This document shows, piece after piece, positions 31,387 through 42,059 of a stretch of 64,000 bases of DNA. Within the stretch, counting starts at the first letter, position 1. Every line of letters begins with the position of its first letter. This DNA comes from Thraustochytrium aureum (Eukaryota): contig BLSG01000081.1 in assembly GCA_012862495.1 (NCBI GenBank), forward strand, positions 107,186-171,185, given 5' to 3'. The position numbers were made by a program, and so were the translations under genes. Under the pieces are notes generated by a model. It was given only the letters and a program-made list of their open reading frames with translations, had not been told where the DNA came from and ran no database searches.

Positions 31387-33342
31387 ATGATGGATGACAC
31401 GACGCCGACAACCGCGAGGAATGCGGTAGCCCCTGAGGACGCCAACGCCATGGCGACCGCCACGGCCTCCTTTGCAGGCGTCGGTGCTGCAGGAAGCCTG
31501 AACAGCGGCGATCCTGCCGCGCGCGACCTCGAACAGCCGGCCATTCCCACTGAGCGGCTCGAATCGGCGCTGTCGCGGTCCGACCAGCCCGACATCGAGC
31601 TGGCGGTGGAAGACCTCAACCACTTTGTGCCGATCTCGGGAGGGTTTTGCCGCAAGGGCAAAAAACAAGTTCTGTTCAACGTCTCCGCGCGGTTCCAGTC
31701 GGGCCAGCTCTGCGCGCTAATGGGTCCGTCCGGCGCTGGCAAGACCTCGCTGCTTGGCGTGCTCAGCCGTGGCCACAGCTCGATGAGGCTAAACGGAGAG
31801 GCCCTGCCACGGGCTTTTAGCAACCTTTGTGTGACCATCCCCCAAGCAGACATCCTGTACCCCGCGCTCACGGCTGAGCAGACGCTGCACTACAGCGCTC
31901 TCCTGCGGCTGCCGCAGGAGACGGGCAAGGAGAGGATCGCCAGCTTGGTGGCCTCGCTGCTAGACGACCTTCAGCTGACAAAGTGCAAGGACACACCAGT
32001 CGGCAACGAAAATATTCGCGGTGTGAGTGGCGGCGAGCGCAAGCGCGTGTCGATCGGCGTCGAGCTCGTCACCAACCCGAGCGTCTTGTTCGTCGACGAG
32101 CCCACGAGCGGGCTCGACTCCAAGATGGCGGAGGACACCGTGCAGCTGCTCAAGAACCTCGCGCGCAACGCGGGCCGCCTAGTCATCTGCACGATCCACC
32201 AGCCCAGCTGGGGCATCTTCACCAAATTTGACAAGCTGCTCATGCTGCACCACGGGCGTGTCGTGTACCACGGCGAGGCCAAGGGTGGTCTGCAGCGGTA
32301 CTTTAGCAGCATCGGGTACCACGCCCCCGAGTTTGAGAACCCGCTCGACTACTTTATGCGCGAGCTGCAGCTCCAGGACAAGCAAGACAAGCTCCACTTC
32401 CCCAATCGCTGGAGCAAGCTGGCCGAGTCCGAATGGCGCGAGTACGACGCTGTGGCGAGTGGGGACTTCTCCAAGCCGCTCACCCCGGAGCAGATCAAGC
32501 GCATGCGCGGCATGAACAGCTCCCTGCACCAATTCCTAGTCCTACTGCGCCGCAACGCGCACGACACGATCGTGGACAAGGAAAAGTTTGTGCAGGGTCT
32601 CGGCATGAAGCTTGGCATTGGCTTGCTGCTCGGCATCGTCTTCGTGGGCCAGGGCCGCAAGGACACCGTGGCCTCCATCTTCCCAACGACAAGCCCGCTC
32701 TTCTTCCTGGTCCTCAGCGCCGCGTTCGACACGCTGCTCAAGTCTGTCATGGAGTACCCAACAATCCGCGCACTCGTGGTTCGCGAGTACAAGAACGGCG
32801 CGTTCTCGTTTGCGCCGTACTTCCTCGCCCAGGTGATCAACAACATGTTTTTCGACATCCTCTCGTCGCTCTTCTACAGCCCGGCATACTTTCTCGTGGG
32901 TTTGGGCCCGACGGCATGGCAGTTTTTCATTTTTCTGGCGGGCATCAGTCTTGTCACGATTGCCGGCTCTGCGCTGGGCCTGGCCGTCGGCTCGTTCGCC
33001 AAGGACTTTAAGGACGCGCAGGGGTACATCATGCCGCTGCTCATGCCGCTCCTCATCTTCAGCGGGTTTCTCCTCCCGCTCGCCGAGATCCCAGACGTGT
33101 TTGTCTGGATCTATTGGATCTCCCCGTTCCAGTACTGCCTCTCGAGCCTGCTCATCAACAACTTTCGGACCAAGGAGTTTGTCGACGGCCCGTCCGGTCT
33201 CGTCTACCTCGAACAGCTCGGGCTCAGCGTGGACGACGTGGGGCGCAACTTTGGCATCCTCGCTGGGATCGACGCGGTGCTGCTCATCGTTTGCTTCTTC
33301 GTGGTGCGCCGCAGCATCTTGAAGCAGGCGCGGACCACGTAG
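31387..33342 (+). CDS. ABCG (White-family) half transporter
   Basis: Walker A GPSGAGKT, signature VSGGERKRVSIG, Walker B LFVDEPTSGLDS, ICTIHQP, followed by a C-terminal 6-TM domain. Confidence 0.95.
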   Translation: MMDDTTPTTARNAVAPEDANAMATATASFAGVGAAGSLNSGDPAARDLEQPAIPTERLESALSRSDQPDIELAVEDLNHFVPISGGFCRKGKKQVLFNVSARFQSGQLCALMGPSGAGKTSLLGVLSRGHSSMRLNGEALPRAFSNLCVTIPQADILYPALTAEQTLHYSALLRLPQETGKERIASLVASLLDDLQLTKCKDTPVGNENIRGVSGGERKRVSIGVELVTNPSVLFVDEPTSGLDSKMAEDTVQLLKNLARNAGRLVICTIHQPSWGIFTKFDKLLMLHHGRVVYHGEAKGGLQRYFSSIGYHAPEFENPLDYFMRELQLQDKQDKLHFPNRWSKLAESEWREYDAVASGDFSKPLTPEQIKRMRGMNSSLHQFLVLLRRNAHDTIVDKEKFVQGLGMKLGIGLLLGIVFVGQGRKDTVASIFPTTSPLFFLVLSAAFDTLLKSVMEYPTIRALVVREYKNGAFSFAPYFLAQVINNMFFDILSSLFYSPAYFLVGLGPTAWQFFIFLAGISLVTIAGSALGLAVGSFAKDFKDAQGYIMPLLMPLLIFSGFLLPLAEIPDVFVWIYWISPFQYCLSSLLINNFRTKEFVDGPSGLVYLEQLGLSVDDVGRNFGILAGIDAVLLIVCFFVVRRSILKQARTT

Positions 33343-33752
33343 TCGGACCGGCCCTCCTTTCTTGATCAAAGCGCGAGTCCCGCCTGCGCGCCTGCAGGGG
33401 TGTGGACCGCGCTAACCCTGTTGCGTTGTAAAAGGAAAAGGATTGATCGATGGCCTTGTCTCAAATCGACCTCGATGGCCCCGTGGACCTGCCGGAAGCT
33501 GCCTGGCCTGCCAGCTGCTGCTCGAGGTCTCGCGTGCATCTCTTGATGATGTAATGTACTCCATTTGGTCAAGTCACCTCACCTTCCTGCACATTCGGCA
33601 ACGCGCGACTCACGAGGTCAAGTTCACGATGGACCAAGCAAGTGCCCGTTCGTCTGCAACGCAGTCTCCGAGAAGGAGGGTCGCGCGCTGGCCGCTCTTC
33701 GGGGCCGCGCGACGGCTGGGGGTCGCGCGTTTCGGTCGCGGTCAGCGGGGCA

Positions 33753-35486
33753 ATGGCGCACGCGCGCCGGCGCGGCGCGCTGCTTGCGATAGCCGTCGTG
33801 ATTGCTGCGCTGTTCTTGTGGGGAGTTTGGATCTCGGCCAGCACAACAGCCAGCGCAGACGAACCCTCGACACGAGGCCGGCCGTGCGACAGAGATATCA
33901 GGAGCGCTCGGGATTGGGGCGTGGACATTCGTGCAGAGAAAAATAGTGGAGCCACGGAGGGACTTGGCGGATCGAACGAGGTCGTCAAGCCAGTGCTCCG
34001 CGTTGCTTATTGCATGTTCAACCAAACCCTGCGGCCCGACATGGCGCCGCAAGAGTCGCTCTGGCTTGTGAAAGCTCTCTTGCCTCACTGGGGGAGGCGC
34101 TACAGAGTTGTCCTCCAGACCTGTGCCCCAAACGAGGAGACGCTCAAAAGATCGAATCCGCTCGCGGTGTTCAGCGACACTGAAATCAAGAAGCGCCTCG
34201 GCCTGGAGGCCGACATCCGCGTTTGCGCGTTCGGGTCGAGCAGCATTGTGCAATCAATCAAGCGGCTCAATCCCGGCGCGAAGCTCCATGCAAGAACGCT
34301 TCCCGCGAATTTGACAAACAGATGGACCGCGGACAACTTTGTCTTTTGGCCAAGACAAGTCGCGTATTTTGGCGACGCCGAGGGGCGCAGAGTCGGCCCG
34401 CTGCTCGTGCGGCGCTGTACCGAGCCATGGAAAGAGTGGAGTGATGGCGTGGAAATCCAGCTCGAAACAAAACGAGATGTGTCGGTCCTCCCTCAAAAGT
34501 CGGTGTCAGTGTACCATCCTTGGGCAGTTGCAAGTGTCTCGCTGCGCCACAAGCCCCTTCCCGGTCAGTCTAAATCGCGATGGACCAAGCTGCACGGTTG
34601 TTGCTTGAACAGTGACCCTCGCGAGGGCCTCATTGACGCGGCCACCCGACGCGGGTATTTTGACGCCAGGGCTGAAGCGTCGAAAAAATCTGGTGGGGTC
34701 GCCTCGTTCCTCCAGAGCCATTGCCACGCGACCATGAAAGCGACCGCCGTGCGGCACGCGTTTGTGTACGCGCTCGCGGAGGCGATTCCGTCGGTCTCGC
34801 TGCTCGGCGGGTGTCCATACGGAAATGCCGCCGCGGGGCTGGCAGGGTTGCGGCAGGAGGACCGGGACAGGCTGGAGAGCAAGTACGGGACGGCAACGAG
34901 CATTGCCTCGCACCGGGACTTCAAGTTTAATATCGTGTTTGAGAACAGCCCGCCGGAGGGATACATCACGGAGAAGATAGTTGACTCGTACTTGGCGCGC
35001 TCCGTCCCCATATACATGGGTGGGGGCAACTATTCCATCGGCCAGCTACTCAACAAGCGCGCGTTTGTGCAGTGCCACGTCCCGCACAGCCTCGCCTCAG
35101 AAACGCATGCGGTCGCCACTTACACGAAGATATGCGAGCAAGGCACGAGCGAAGAGATCTGCCGGCACAGGCTCGACTTGGCGCTCCTCAACGAGCTCCG
35201 GCCATACTTTGCGCCGTGCATCGAGCAGGTCCTGTACCTCAAGCACAACAAGACGGCGTACCGCGAGATGATCGGCCAAGACCTTTTGCCGAACGGCGGC
35301 CGGCTCTCGGGTGGGTGGAACATGACCCACCTGGCAGAGTCGATCCTCGTCATCTACGAGTACCTCGTTCTCGGCAAGGGGGACGGCTTGTACGAGGCAT
35401 CGTCTTGGGGCCTGCCCGAGCCGGACCGGGCCATGACCTCCACTTGGGGTCCTTGGCAAATGCCCGAGCGCAAGCCACTTGATTAA
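33753..35486 (+). CDS. Alpha-1,3/1,4-fucosyltransferase-like, glycosyltransferase family 10, type II membrane
   Basis: N-terminal anchor LLAIAVVIAALFLWGVWI; GT10 motif FKFNIVFENSPPEGYITEKIVDSYLARSVPIYMG. Confidence 0.85.
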   Translation: MAHARRRGALLAIAVVIAALFLWGVWISASTTASADEPSTRGRPCDRDIRSARDWGVDIRAEKNSGATEGLGGSNEVVKPVLRVAYCMFNQTLRPDMAPQESLWLVKALLPHWGRRYRVVLQTCAPNEETLKRSNPLAVFSDTEIKKRLGLEADIRVCAFGSSSIVQSIKRLNPGAKLHARTLPANLTNRWTADNFVFWPRQVAYFGDAEGRRVGPLLVRRCTEPWKEWSDGVEIQLETKRDVSVLPQKSVSVYHPWAVASVSLRHKPLPGQSKSRWTKLHGCCLNSDPREGLIDAATRRGYFDARAEASKKSGGVASFLQSHCHATMKATAVRHAFVYALAEAIPSVSLLGGCPYGNAAAGLAGLRQEDRDRLESKYGTATSIASHRDFKFNIVFENSPPEGYITEKIVDSYLARSVPIYMGGGNYSIGQLLNKRAFVQCHVPHSLASETHAVATYTKICEQGTSEEICRHRLDLALLNELRPYFAPCIEQVLYLKHNKTAYREMIGQDLLPNGGRLSGGWNMTHLAESILVIYEYLVLGKGDGLYEASSWGLPEPDRAMTSTWGPWQMPERKPLD

Positions 35487-35539
35487 CTCGGCACCAACCC
35501 AAGTAGCAAGCTTAGAACGTAGAGCGCGAGCTGGCGCTC

Positions 35540-35609
35540 GCGGCGCGCCGGTTGCGGGCGCCCGCGGCGCGCCGGTTGCAGGCGCCCGTGGCGCGCCGGT
35601 TGCAGGCGC
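35540..35609. repeat. About 3 x 24-bp GC-rich tandem repeat (GYGGCGCGCCGGTTGCRGGCGCCC)
   Basis: Seen directly between the FucT stop and the CDC45 start. Confidence 0.85.
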
Positions 35610-35752
35610 ATTTTCAAAAAAGGGCGTGGCTTCGATGTGAGAGCAAGTTTTTGAATTTTTTGCGCGACGGCCAACTCACGGACGGGCAGACACCGAACGC
35701 GAGACCAGCCAGCCGGTCGGCCAGCTCGCTGAGCACGATTGGCAGTCGACGA

Positions 35753-35820
35753 GCAGGCAGCCAGGCAGACAGGCAGGCAAGCAGGCAGCCAGGCAGACAG
35801 GCAGACAGGCAGGCAGGCAG
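35753..35820 (+). repeat. (GGCA/GACA)n microsatellite immediately upstream of CDC45
   Basis: gcaggcagccaggcagacaggcaggcaagcaggcag... seen directly. Confidence 0.85.
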
Positions 35821-35855
35821 GGATCTGAGCGCGCGGCCAGTTTTCTTCCAGCAGG

Positions 35856-38407
35856 ATGCTGTGGCCAGCAGACTACCTGTTTGAGACGTACGGCAACATC
35901 CGGAGGACGGCGCTGGAACAGGGCGGGTGCACGGTGATAATCTACGTCGCCCTGGACTGCGACGCTCTGTGCGCCTGCCGGATACTCACGGTAAGTGGAG
36001 AGAGGGCCGCGGCCAACGGAACGAGGAGGCCAAACGCAAGTGACCGCCTTTGCACGACGAGACGCCGAGCTGACGCACGAGAGGGCCGGCATCCCACCGC
36101 AGGGCTTGCTCAAGTCGGACAACATCGCGTACAAAATCCGTCCCGTCCGGTTCCAGGAAGATGTCGTAGAGGACTTCAAGGTTACCTCAGCGCAGGAAGA
36201 CGTAAGTGCAGCTGCCCGTTGCCGCGCGCGCCCTCCCGCACGCCAGCCAAATCCCCGCTAACGTTCGTCGGGGGGCGGCAGATCAAATCCATCATCATGC
36301 TCAACTGCGGAGGCTCGATGAGCATCGAGGACGAGTTTGCCCTCGATGCGACGACATTTTGCTACGTGATTGATGCCCACCGACCGCTCCACCATAGCAA
36401 CCTGTTGCCCGCGCGCGACCAGACCATCGTGTTCGCCGATGAGTTCATGGACGAGGACGAGCTCAAGGCCGCCGCCGTTCAGATGGCAGACCTCGGCACC
36501 ACGGAGATCGAGCACCTCTTTTCAGCAGCACTCGAGGACGAAGACGAGGACGACGAGGAGCATGACGACGAAGACCTTGGCGAGGAAAACCAAGACGGCG
36601 GCCGCCTCGAGGACTCCGAGTCGGAGCACGAGGCTGAGTTTGAAGCCGGCGACAACAGCCAAAGTGGCGAGCACGAGCAAGCGCCGCAAGCTCCGACGCA
36701 GCCGGCCAATACGGTGGCGGGCACCGAAAACCACAGCGACGCCGCCAACCTGGGCTTTTCCGCCGCGGAGCAAGCAGAAATCGATCAAGAGATCGAGCAA
36801 AACAAGCTGGCCTCCGAGAAGAGGGCGGAAGATGGCCAACGACAAGAGCCAGGGTCTACGACCCGCCGCGCACGACGGGATTCTGGCGACGACGCCAAGA
36901 GCACGAGCACGGACTCTGACGCAGCGGCCACATCGAAGGTGCAGCGCAAGCGCACGCGCTCGCACGCCTCAGGCGACGATGGCGGGGCCCTCTCAAAGCG
37001 CAGCCGCGTCCTCCGGTACTACGGCGGGTCATACTGGGGCGCTCCCGCGGCGCACGTCATGCTGTCCCTCGCGCAGCAGCTGAACAAAGACAGCAAACTG
37101 TACTTATGGCTCGCCATCGTGGGGACCACCTTTCACGACGTGTACCGGCACATGGACGTCGACAACTACCATCAACTTGTTATGCAATACCAAGAGCGCG
37201 TCAAAGACCGCACCGGGCGCGCCGAGCAGGTCCTCTCCGAGGACAGCGTTCTCATCCCTGTCGTCGACCAGGACCGGATCGAGTTCTCGGACGAGTACAG
37301 GCTCATGCTCCACAGGCACTGGTCCCTCAAGGAGTCGTTTCAGTTCAGCGACTACGTAGCCGCCAAGCTCGGAATCTGGCGCACCGACGGGGAGTCCAAG
37401 CTGCACACGCTCTTCGCCAAGATGGGGATCAGCCTCAAGGAGTCGCATCAAAAGTACTCGTTCATGAGCATCAAGCTCAAGAAGGAGCTCCGGTCCAAGA
37501 TCCAGGAGCACACGGAAGAGTTTGACCTCGGCGAGGACTTTGTGTACGGGTCGTTCTTGTACCGGGCCGGCTACAACAGCCAAATGTCCGCTGCCGACGC
37601 GGTGCACTGCGTAAGTGCGCTCCTCGACGGCTACGCCGTTCCCCAAGCACCGTAGAGTTGCGCTCGCGGCCGTCGGCGACTTTGGAGGCTGGGGACAGGG
37701 GCCTCGGCAGCTCCAAATCCAGCAGCGGATGAGAACGACGCGGCAGGTGCCAGCGGGGACGCGGGCAGCGCGACGAGGCGCTCGGCTCGGCGGAGGAGCG
37801 CCGCGAGCGAGCAGCTCGGGAAGCGCTCCTCTGGGAAGAGAGCTTCAACGCGGCCTACGACGTCCTCGACTTTACCGTGAGCGAGAAGAACTCGCACCTC
37901 CTGGACACTGGCCTTGAGCTTGCAAAGGCCCTGCAAAAGGCAATCATCGAGGAGGGCGCTAACGTGATGGCCGACCAGCGCCTGCAGAGCGCAGGGGACT
38001 TTAGGTTTTGCGTCCTCTCTGGGCTGGCGCCCAAGTTGGCGAGCGTTTTCTCCCAGCCCCAGGTCTTGCTGCGCTTTGCGCAGTTCATTATGGACGCCAA
38101 CACGTGCTCAGGGCGCTGGCGCGGACCGGCAGCAAAGCCGCTCGTCATCGGCGTCAAGGGAGGCGTGTCGCAGGTGGCGCACTTTGTCGGGATCCCGCCT
38201 GCCCAGCTTGGTGAGGTGCGCAGGAATGCGTTCGGCAGGCAGTTTCGCGAGGCCGCCAAGATTGTTGGGGCGACATGCAGGCACAGCGGATTCGACAACG
38301 CATCGGTAGAAATCGGCGTGGAGGACACGCAACGGTTTCTATTGGCCTTGCACGAGGTGGTCAGCAACGCGGAGATGGCCTCAGATGCAGCGGCGCTCGT
38401 GGCTTGA
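35856..38407 (+). CDS. CDC45: Cell division control protein 45 (CMG helicase); introns 35991-36102 and 36202-36281; apparent frameshifts at about 37640-37765
   Basis: YVALDCDALCACRILT|GLLKSDNIAY, IIMLNCGG, VIDAHRP, EYRLMLHRHWSL, LFAKMGISL, SAADAVHCVSALL, SFNAAYD, RNAFGRQF, FDNASVEI. Both introns are GTAAGT...(G)CTRAC...CAG. Confidence 0.93.
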
Positions 38408-38653
38408 CGAGGCCTTTTTGCGGTGAAGTGGAAGTAAAGCCAACAGGACTCTCTCCTTTTTACAGNNNNNNNNNNNNNNNNNNNNNNNNNNNNNNNNNNN
38501 NNNNNNNNNNNNNNNNNNNNNNNNNNNNNNNNNNNNNNNNNNNNNNNNNNNNNNNNNNNNNNNNNNNNNNNNNNNNNNNNNNNNNNNNNNNNNNNNNNNN
38601 NNNNNNNNNNNNNNNNNNNNNNNNNNNNNNNNNNNNNNNNNNNNNNNNNNNNN

Positions 38654-39916
38654 TCTACCCTTCGTCCTCTCTGCCAGTGCCGCCGCCGCCCCCAAAGGGG
38701 AGACGGAGCGGTCAAAGTCCGGGTCCGGTTCCTCCGGGTCTAGCGCATTGAGCAGATACCTGTAAAGCGCGGTCCGCAGATGCGGGTTTCCAAAGTAGGT
38801 TGCGTCCCACTGCATCTGCATTGCCACGGTGTTTTTCAGATTGAGGACGCCGTGCTGCGTGTCTTGGGGAATAAACACGATCTCCCCAGCTCGCTGCACA
38901 CAGTGCAGCACCTCGGTCGAGTCCTCGAGCTCCTCGGTGACTTGCTCTGTCGCGATCCAGCGCGCAAAGCTACCGAGATGGTACTCGTCCCGCTCGCGCG
39001 GGGTGCGCGCCGCTGGGACCTGGAACTTTGTGTCGTGGGATGCCGCCCTTGCTTTTAGCGTCTCGATGACTCGCTGTTGCATGCGCTGGGAGAAGCAGAC
39101 GTCCACCTTGGGGTTGCGCGAGCAGTAGAGGTCCTCCTTTCGTGTAGCGCGCGCCTGCTCAGCAGGGAGGCGCTCCATGCGCTCGACCGTGGCGCTCGCC
39201 ACCTTCATGACCCACTCCTTCTCGCCGTCAAAAATGACGTTGATTGCAGCTTGGTGCTTGTGAAAGTCTATCCCGCTGTTCTTGTACCCGATGAGCACGC
39301 CAGAGTGCGTGATCGCGTTCGGCGGTACCGCAACTGTCTCGTCGCCGACAAGAAAAGACGGCACACGCACCTTGGACAGCAGCTCGCACGCCTGGGAGAT
39401 GTTCGGATGGATTGGGATGGAGTTCGGGTGCAAGTAGGCCACCATAGGGACGCAGGCGTCTTTGTGGGCCCACAAGCTCCACGACGTCGGAACTTGGCCG
39501 TATTGGAAAACGCCCGGGACCTCGGCGCCTCCCTCGCGGTGCGCTGCATCGGCAAGTTCGAGGTAGGCCGCTATCGACATGGTCGTTTCTGGGTACGGCC
39601 CTGGTCCAACCCGCAGCGGGACTTGTTCAAAGGCAGTCTTCAGGTTGCCCCAGGTCCACTCTTCCAAAGCAGGCCAGCCCTGCAACGCATGCGTGATCAG
39701 CACGGGGATTGACTTACTCACGAACCGGGCTTGGAACTCCAGAGGACTCAGCGTCCGCGCGTCAACGACAGGAAAGTCGCACCGCGGCGGCTCCTCCTCC
39801 CCTGCCTCGGCCACCTTGGCCCCAAGCACGGCGATGACCCAACCAGCCGCAACGGCGCCGCTCGCCAGTCTTCCGGCCAGCCTCCACGCCGACCAGGACC
39901 TCTGCGGGCCGTCCAT
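38654..39916 (-). CDS. JmjC-domain protein, JMJD8-like, with N-terminal signal/TM segment; 3' end in gap
   Basis: CDFPVVDARTLSPLEFQARFV...PVLI...W...W; SGIDFHKH (HxH), GEKEW, CVQRAGEIVFIPQDTQHGVLNL. Confidence 0.75.
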
Positions 39917-40389
39917 CCCGAGGAGGCGGCGGCCAGCGCGGAGTCCGCGAGGGGCTGCCCGCCAAGCTGGGGCCCGAAAGCAAGCCACCCCGAAAGAGCT
40001 GCGCACTTGAGGACGCAGGCTCGAGCCGAGGATGGAGTGTAGGCTGCCGGACTGCTTGGCTCTGACTCGGAGCCGCAAAGTGCGAGGCCGGGTGTTGCGT
40101 GAGTTGCGTGTTCTGCAGAGCGTTTCGCAGGTGCGGATGGTCTGTTTTTTTTGCTTCACACTTTTCGTTCCACCTGCGCGTCCAAGGCAAGCGGCCCCGC
40201 AGGGCGAGCATCGTCGCGGCGGCGAGGCCCCAGGGAGAGCAGGGCGCAGGGTCGGGCGAAGATCGACAAGCGAAACGGCGGGTCTGGGCGCGGACTGACT
40301 TTTTATTTGCACTGCGCGAGTGGTGGCACTACCTACTCTAGTCTACTTTTGCCGGCGTCCTGGTCTCGGTGGTTTACGGCTGCGACGCT

Positions 40390-40929
40390 TTACTTGTTGC
40401 TGCCCGAGAGCTTCTCCTTGGCCTGCTGCGTCTTCTCGGACATGGTTTCTTTGGCGCCCTCCCACTTGTCCTTGGCGGCCTCCTTGGTCTCCTGCAACTT
40501 GCTCTTGGCCTCTTCCTTCTTTTGGCCAGCCGAGTCTTGCGTGGAGCCGGCCGAGTCCTTGGCCTGCTCCTTCGTGCCCTGCATGCTGTCTTTGGCCTGT
40601 TCCCACTTGTCTTTGGCGCCCTCCTTGGCGTTCTGGAGCTTGTCACCGGCCTTTTCCTTGGTCTGCTGCATCGAGTCTTTGGCTTGCTCCTTTTTCTCGT
40701 GGGCCTTGTCGCTCATCGACGAGTCGTTGTCGCTCTTCCCGCCCATCTTCTCCTTGGCGGACTCCATCGTGTCCTTCATGCTCTCCTTGGCCTCCTTGCC
40801 CTTCTCGCTCGTCTTGTCCGCAGCGTGCGAGACCTTCTCCTTGGTGTTTTCCCATGCTTTCGCGGCGTTGTCCTTGAGGGACTCCAAGGTGCTCTTGTTC
40901 TGCGGACTGGCGGGGTTGTCGTGCACCAT
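40390..40929 (-). CDS. Group 3 LEA-like (late embryogenesis abundant) hydrophilic protein
   Basis: Repeating 11-mer-like amphipathic units (AKEGAKDKWEQ, TKEAAKDKWEG, AKDSMQQTKEK); K/E/A/S-rich, no Cys. Confidence 0.8.
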   Translation of the reverse strand: MVHDNPASPQNKSTLESLKDNAAKAWENTKEKVSHAADKTSEKGKEAKESMKDTMESAKEKMGGKSDNDSSMSDKAHEKKEQAKDSMQQTKEKAGDKLQNAKEGAKDKWEQAKDSMQGTKEQAKDSAGSTQDSAGQKKEEAKSKLQETKEAAKDKWEGAKETMSEKTQQAKEKLSGSNK

Positions 40930-41614
40930 GGTCTTCGGCTGTCTTGCTCTCTGCGCTTGTCGGCTGGGCTCTTGCTCTGTTGCTTTTGGTTGGGATGTTG
41001 ATGGTGAGTTGCTGGCTTGCGTTTGGGGTCTGGCAGGATTTACCACCCGCCCCGCCCCGCTCGACCTGCTCGCCGTTGGCCAGGCCTCCCCATTCATCGT
41101 TCCCCGGCTTGCAGGGAAAGTCCTGGCTCGTCGATCGCTCGGCAATCGCTCGGCCAGAGCTCGGGCGTCCAAGAACGTATCGACGAACAGCGCAAGGAGC
41201 AACGTACATACTTGGCAGAACTCGAGAATACCCTTGGAGGGTAGAGTACCGTCAAGTATGTACTAACTCCTGGTTGACGAGAAAGCCGGCCTGACGAGGC
41301 CTCGGACAGCGGGAGATTTCGCGCGCTGCAGAACGCGTTTTGTCGATGACGTGCTGTTCCCTGCCAGGGTTGCTCTCTGTACTCTTTATCCCTGCAGGTG
41401 CTCGGCAAGGTGCCACATGCGGTTGCGAGCGCCGTGTCTTGCGGCGACAGGAACCTTATCTTTCTGTAGCGTTCGCTGCACGGGCGGAGCAGAGGCCGAC
41501 AACGAGGCGAACTGCTTGATTGCAGAGTAGAGCACTGTATTGTAGAGTACTTAGCTGCGATGGGGCAGCCAAGATGTCACTTGCAAGGGACGCACGTGCT
41601 AGGAAGAACGTCGC

Positions 41615-41952
41615 CCCGTCCTCGAGGGGGGCGTGGAGACAGCCGTGACGAAGCAGCGTTCGAGCCTGACTATGTACATTGGAGCGACAGCTCGAAACAG
41701 GCAAAAGTTTCCACGTTGGCCAGCCCTGAGCACAAACAAGGCGAATGGCGCCGCGCGCCTTTAAAAAAACTCGCTAATTTACGCCCGTCCTCGAGGGGGG
41801 CGTGGAGACAGCCGTGACGAAGCAGCGTTCGAGCCTGACTATGTACATTGGAGCGACAGCTCGAAACAGGCCAACGTTTTCCACGTTGGCCAGCCCTGAG
41901 CACAAACAAGGCGAATGGCGCCGCGCGCCTTTAAAAAACTCGCTAATTTACG
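41615..41952. repeat. Near-perfect tandem duplication, 2 x 169 bp
   Basis: Copies 41615-41783 and 41784-41952 (CCCGTCCTCGAGGGGGGCGTGGAGAC...CTCGCTAATTTACG) differ at only a few positions. Confidence 0.93.
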
Positions 41953-42059
41953 GAAACGGATGGGCCAGTCGAGTCGACTCGACAAGCGCCATGCGCCTAC
42001 AATAGATAGTCAATTGTTGCTCAGCAGAAGCTGCTTGAGCGTCTCCGCACGCGCCGTGG

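Noticed and set aside
37611..37616. GTAAGT as a third CDC45 intron donor explaining the frame break
   Set aside because: The sequence encodes VSALL, a conserved CDC45 segment; the break lies downstream and fits homopolymer indels better.
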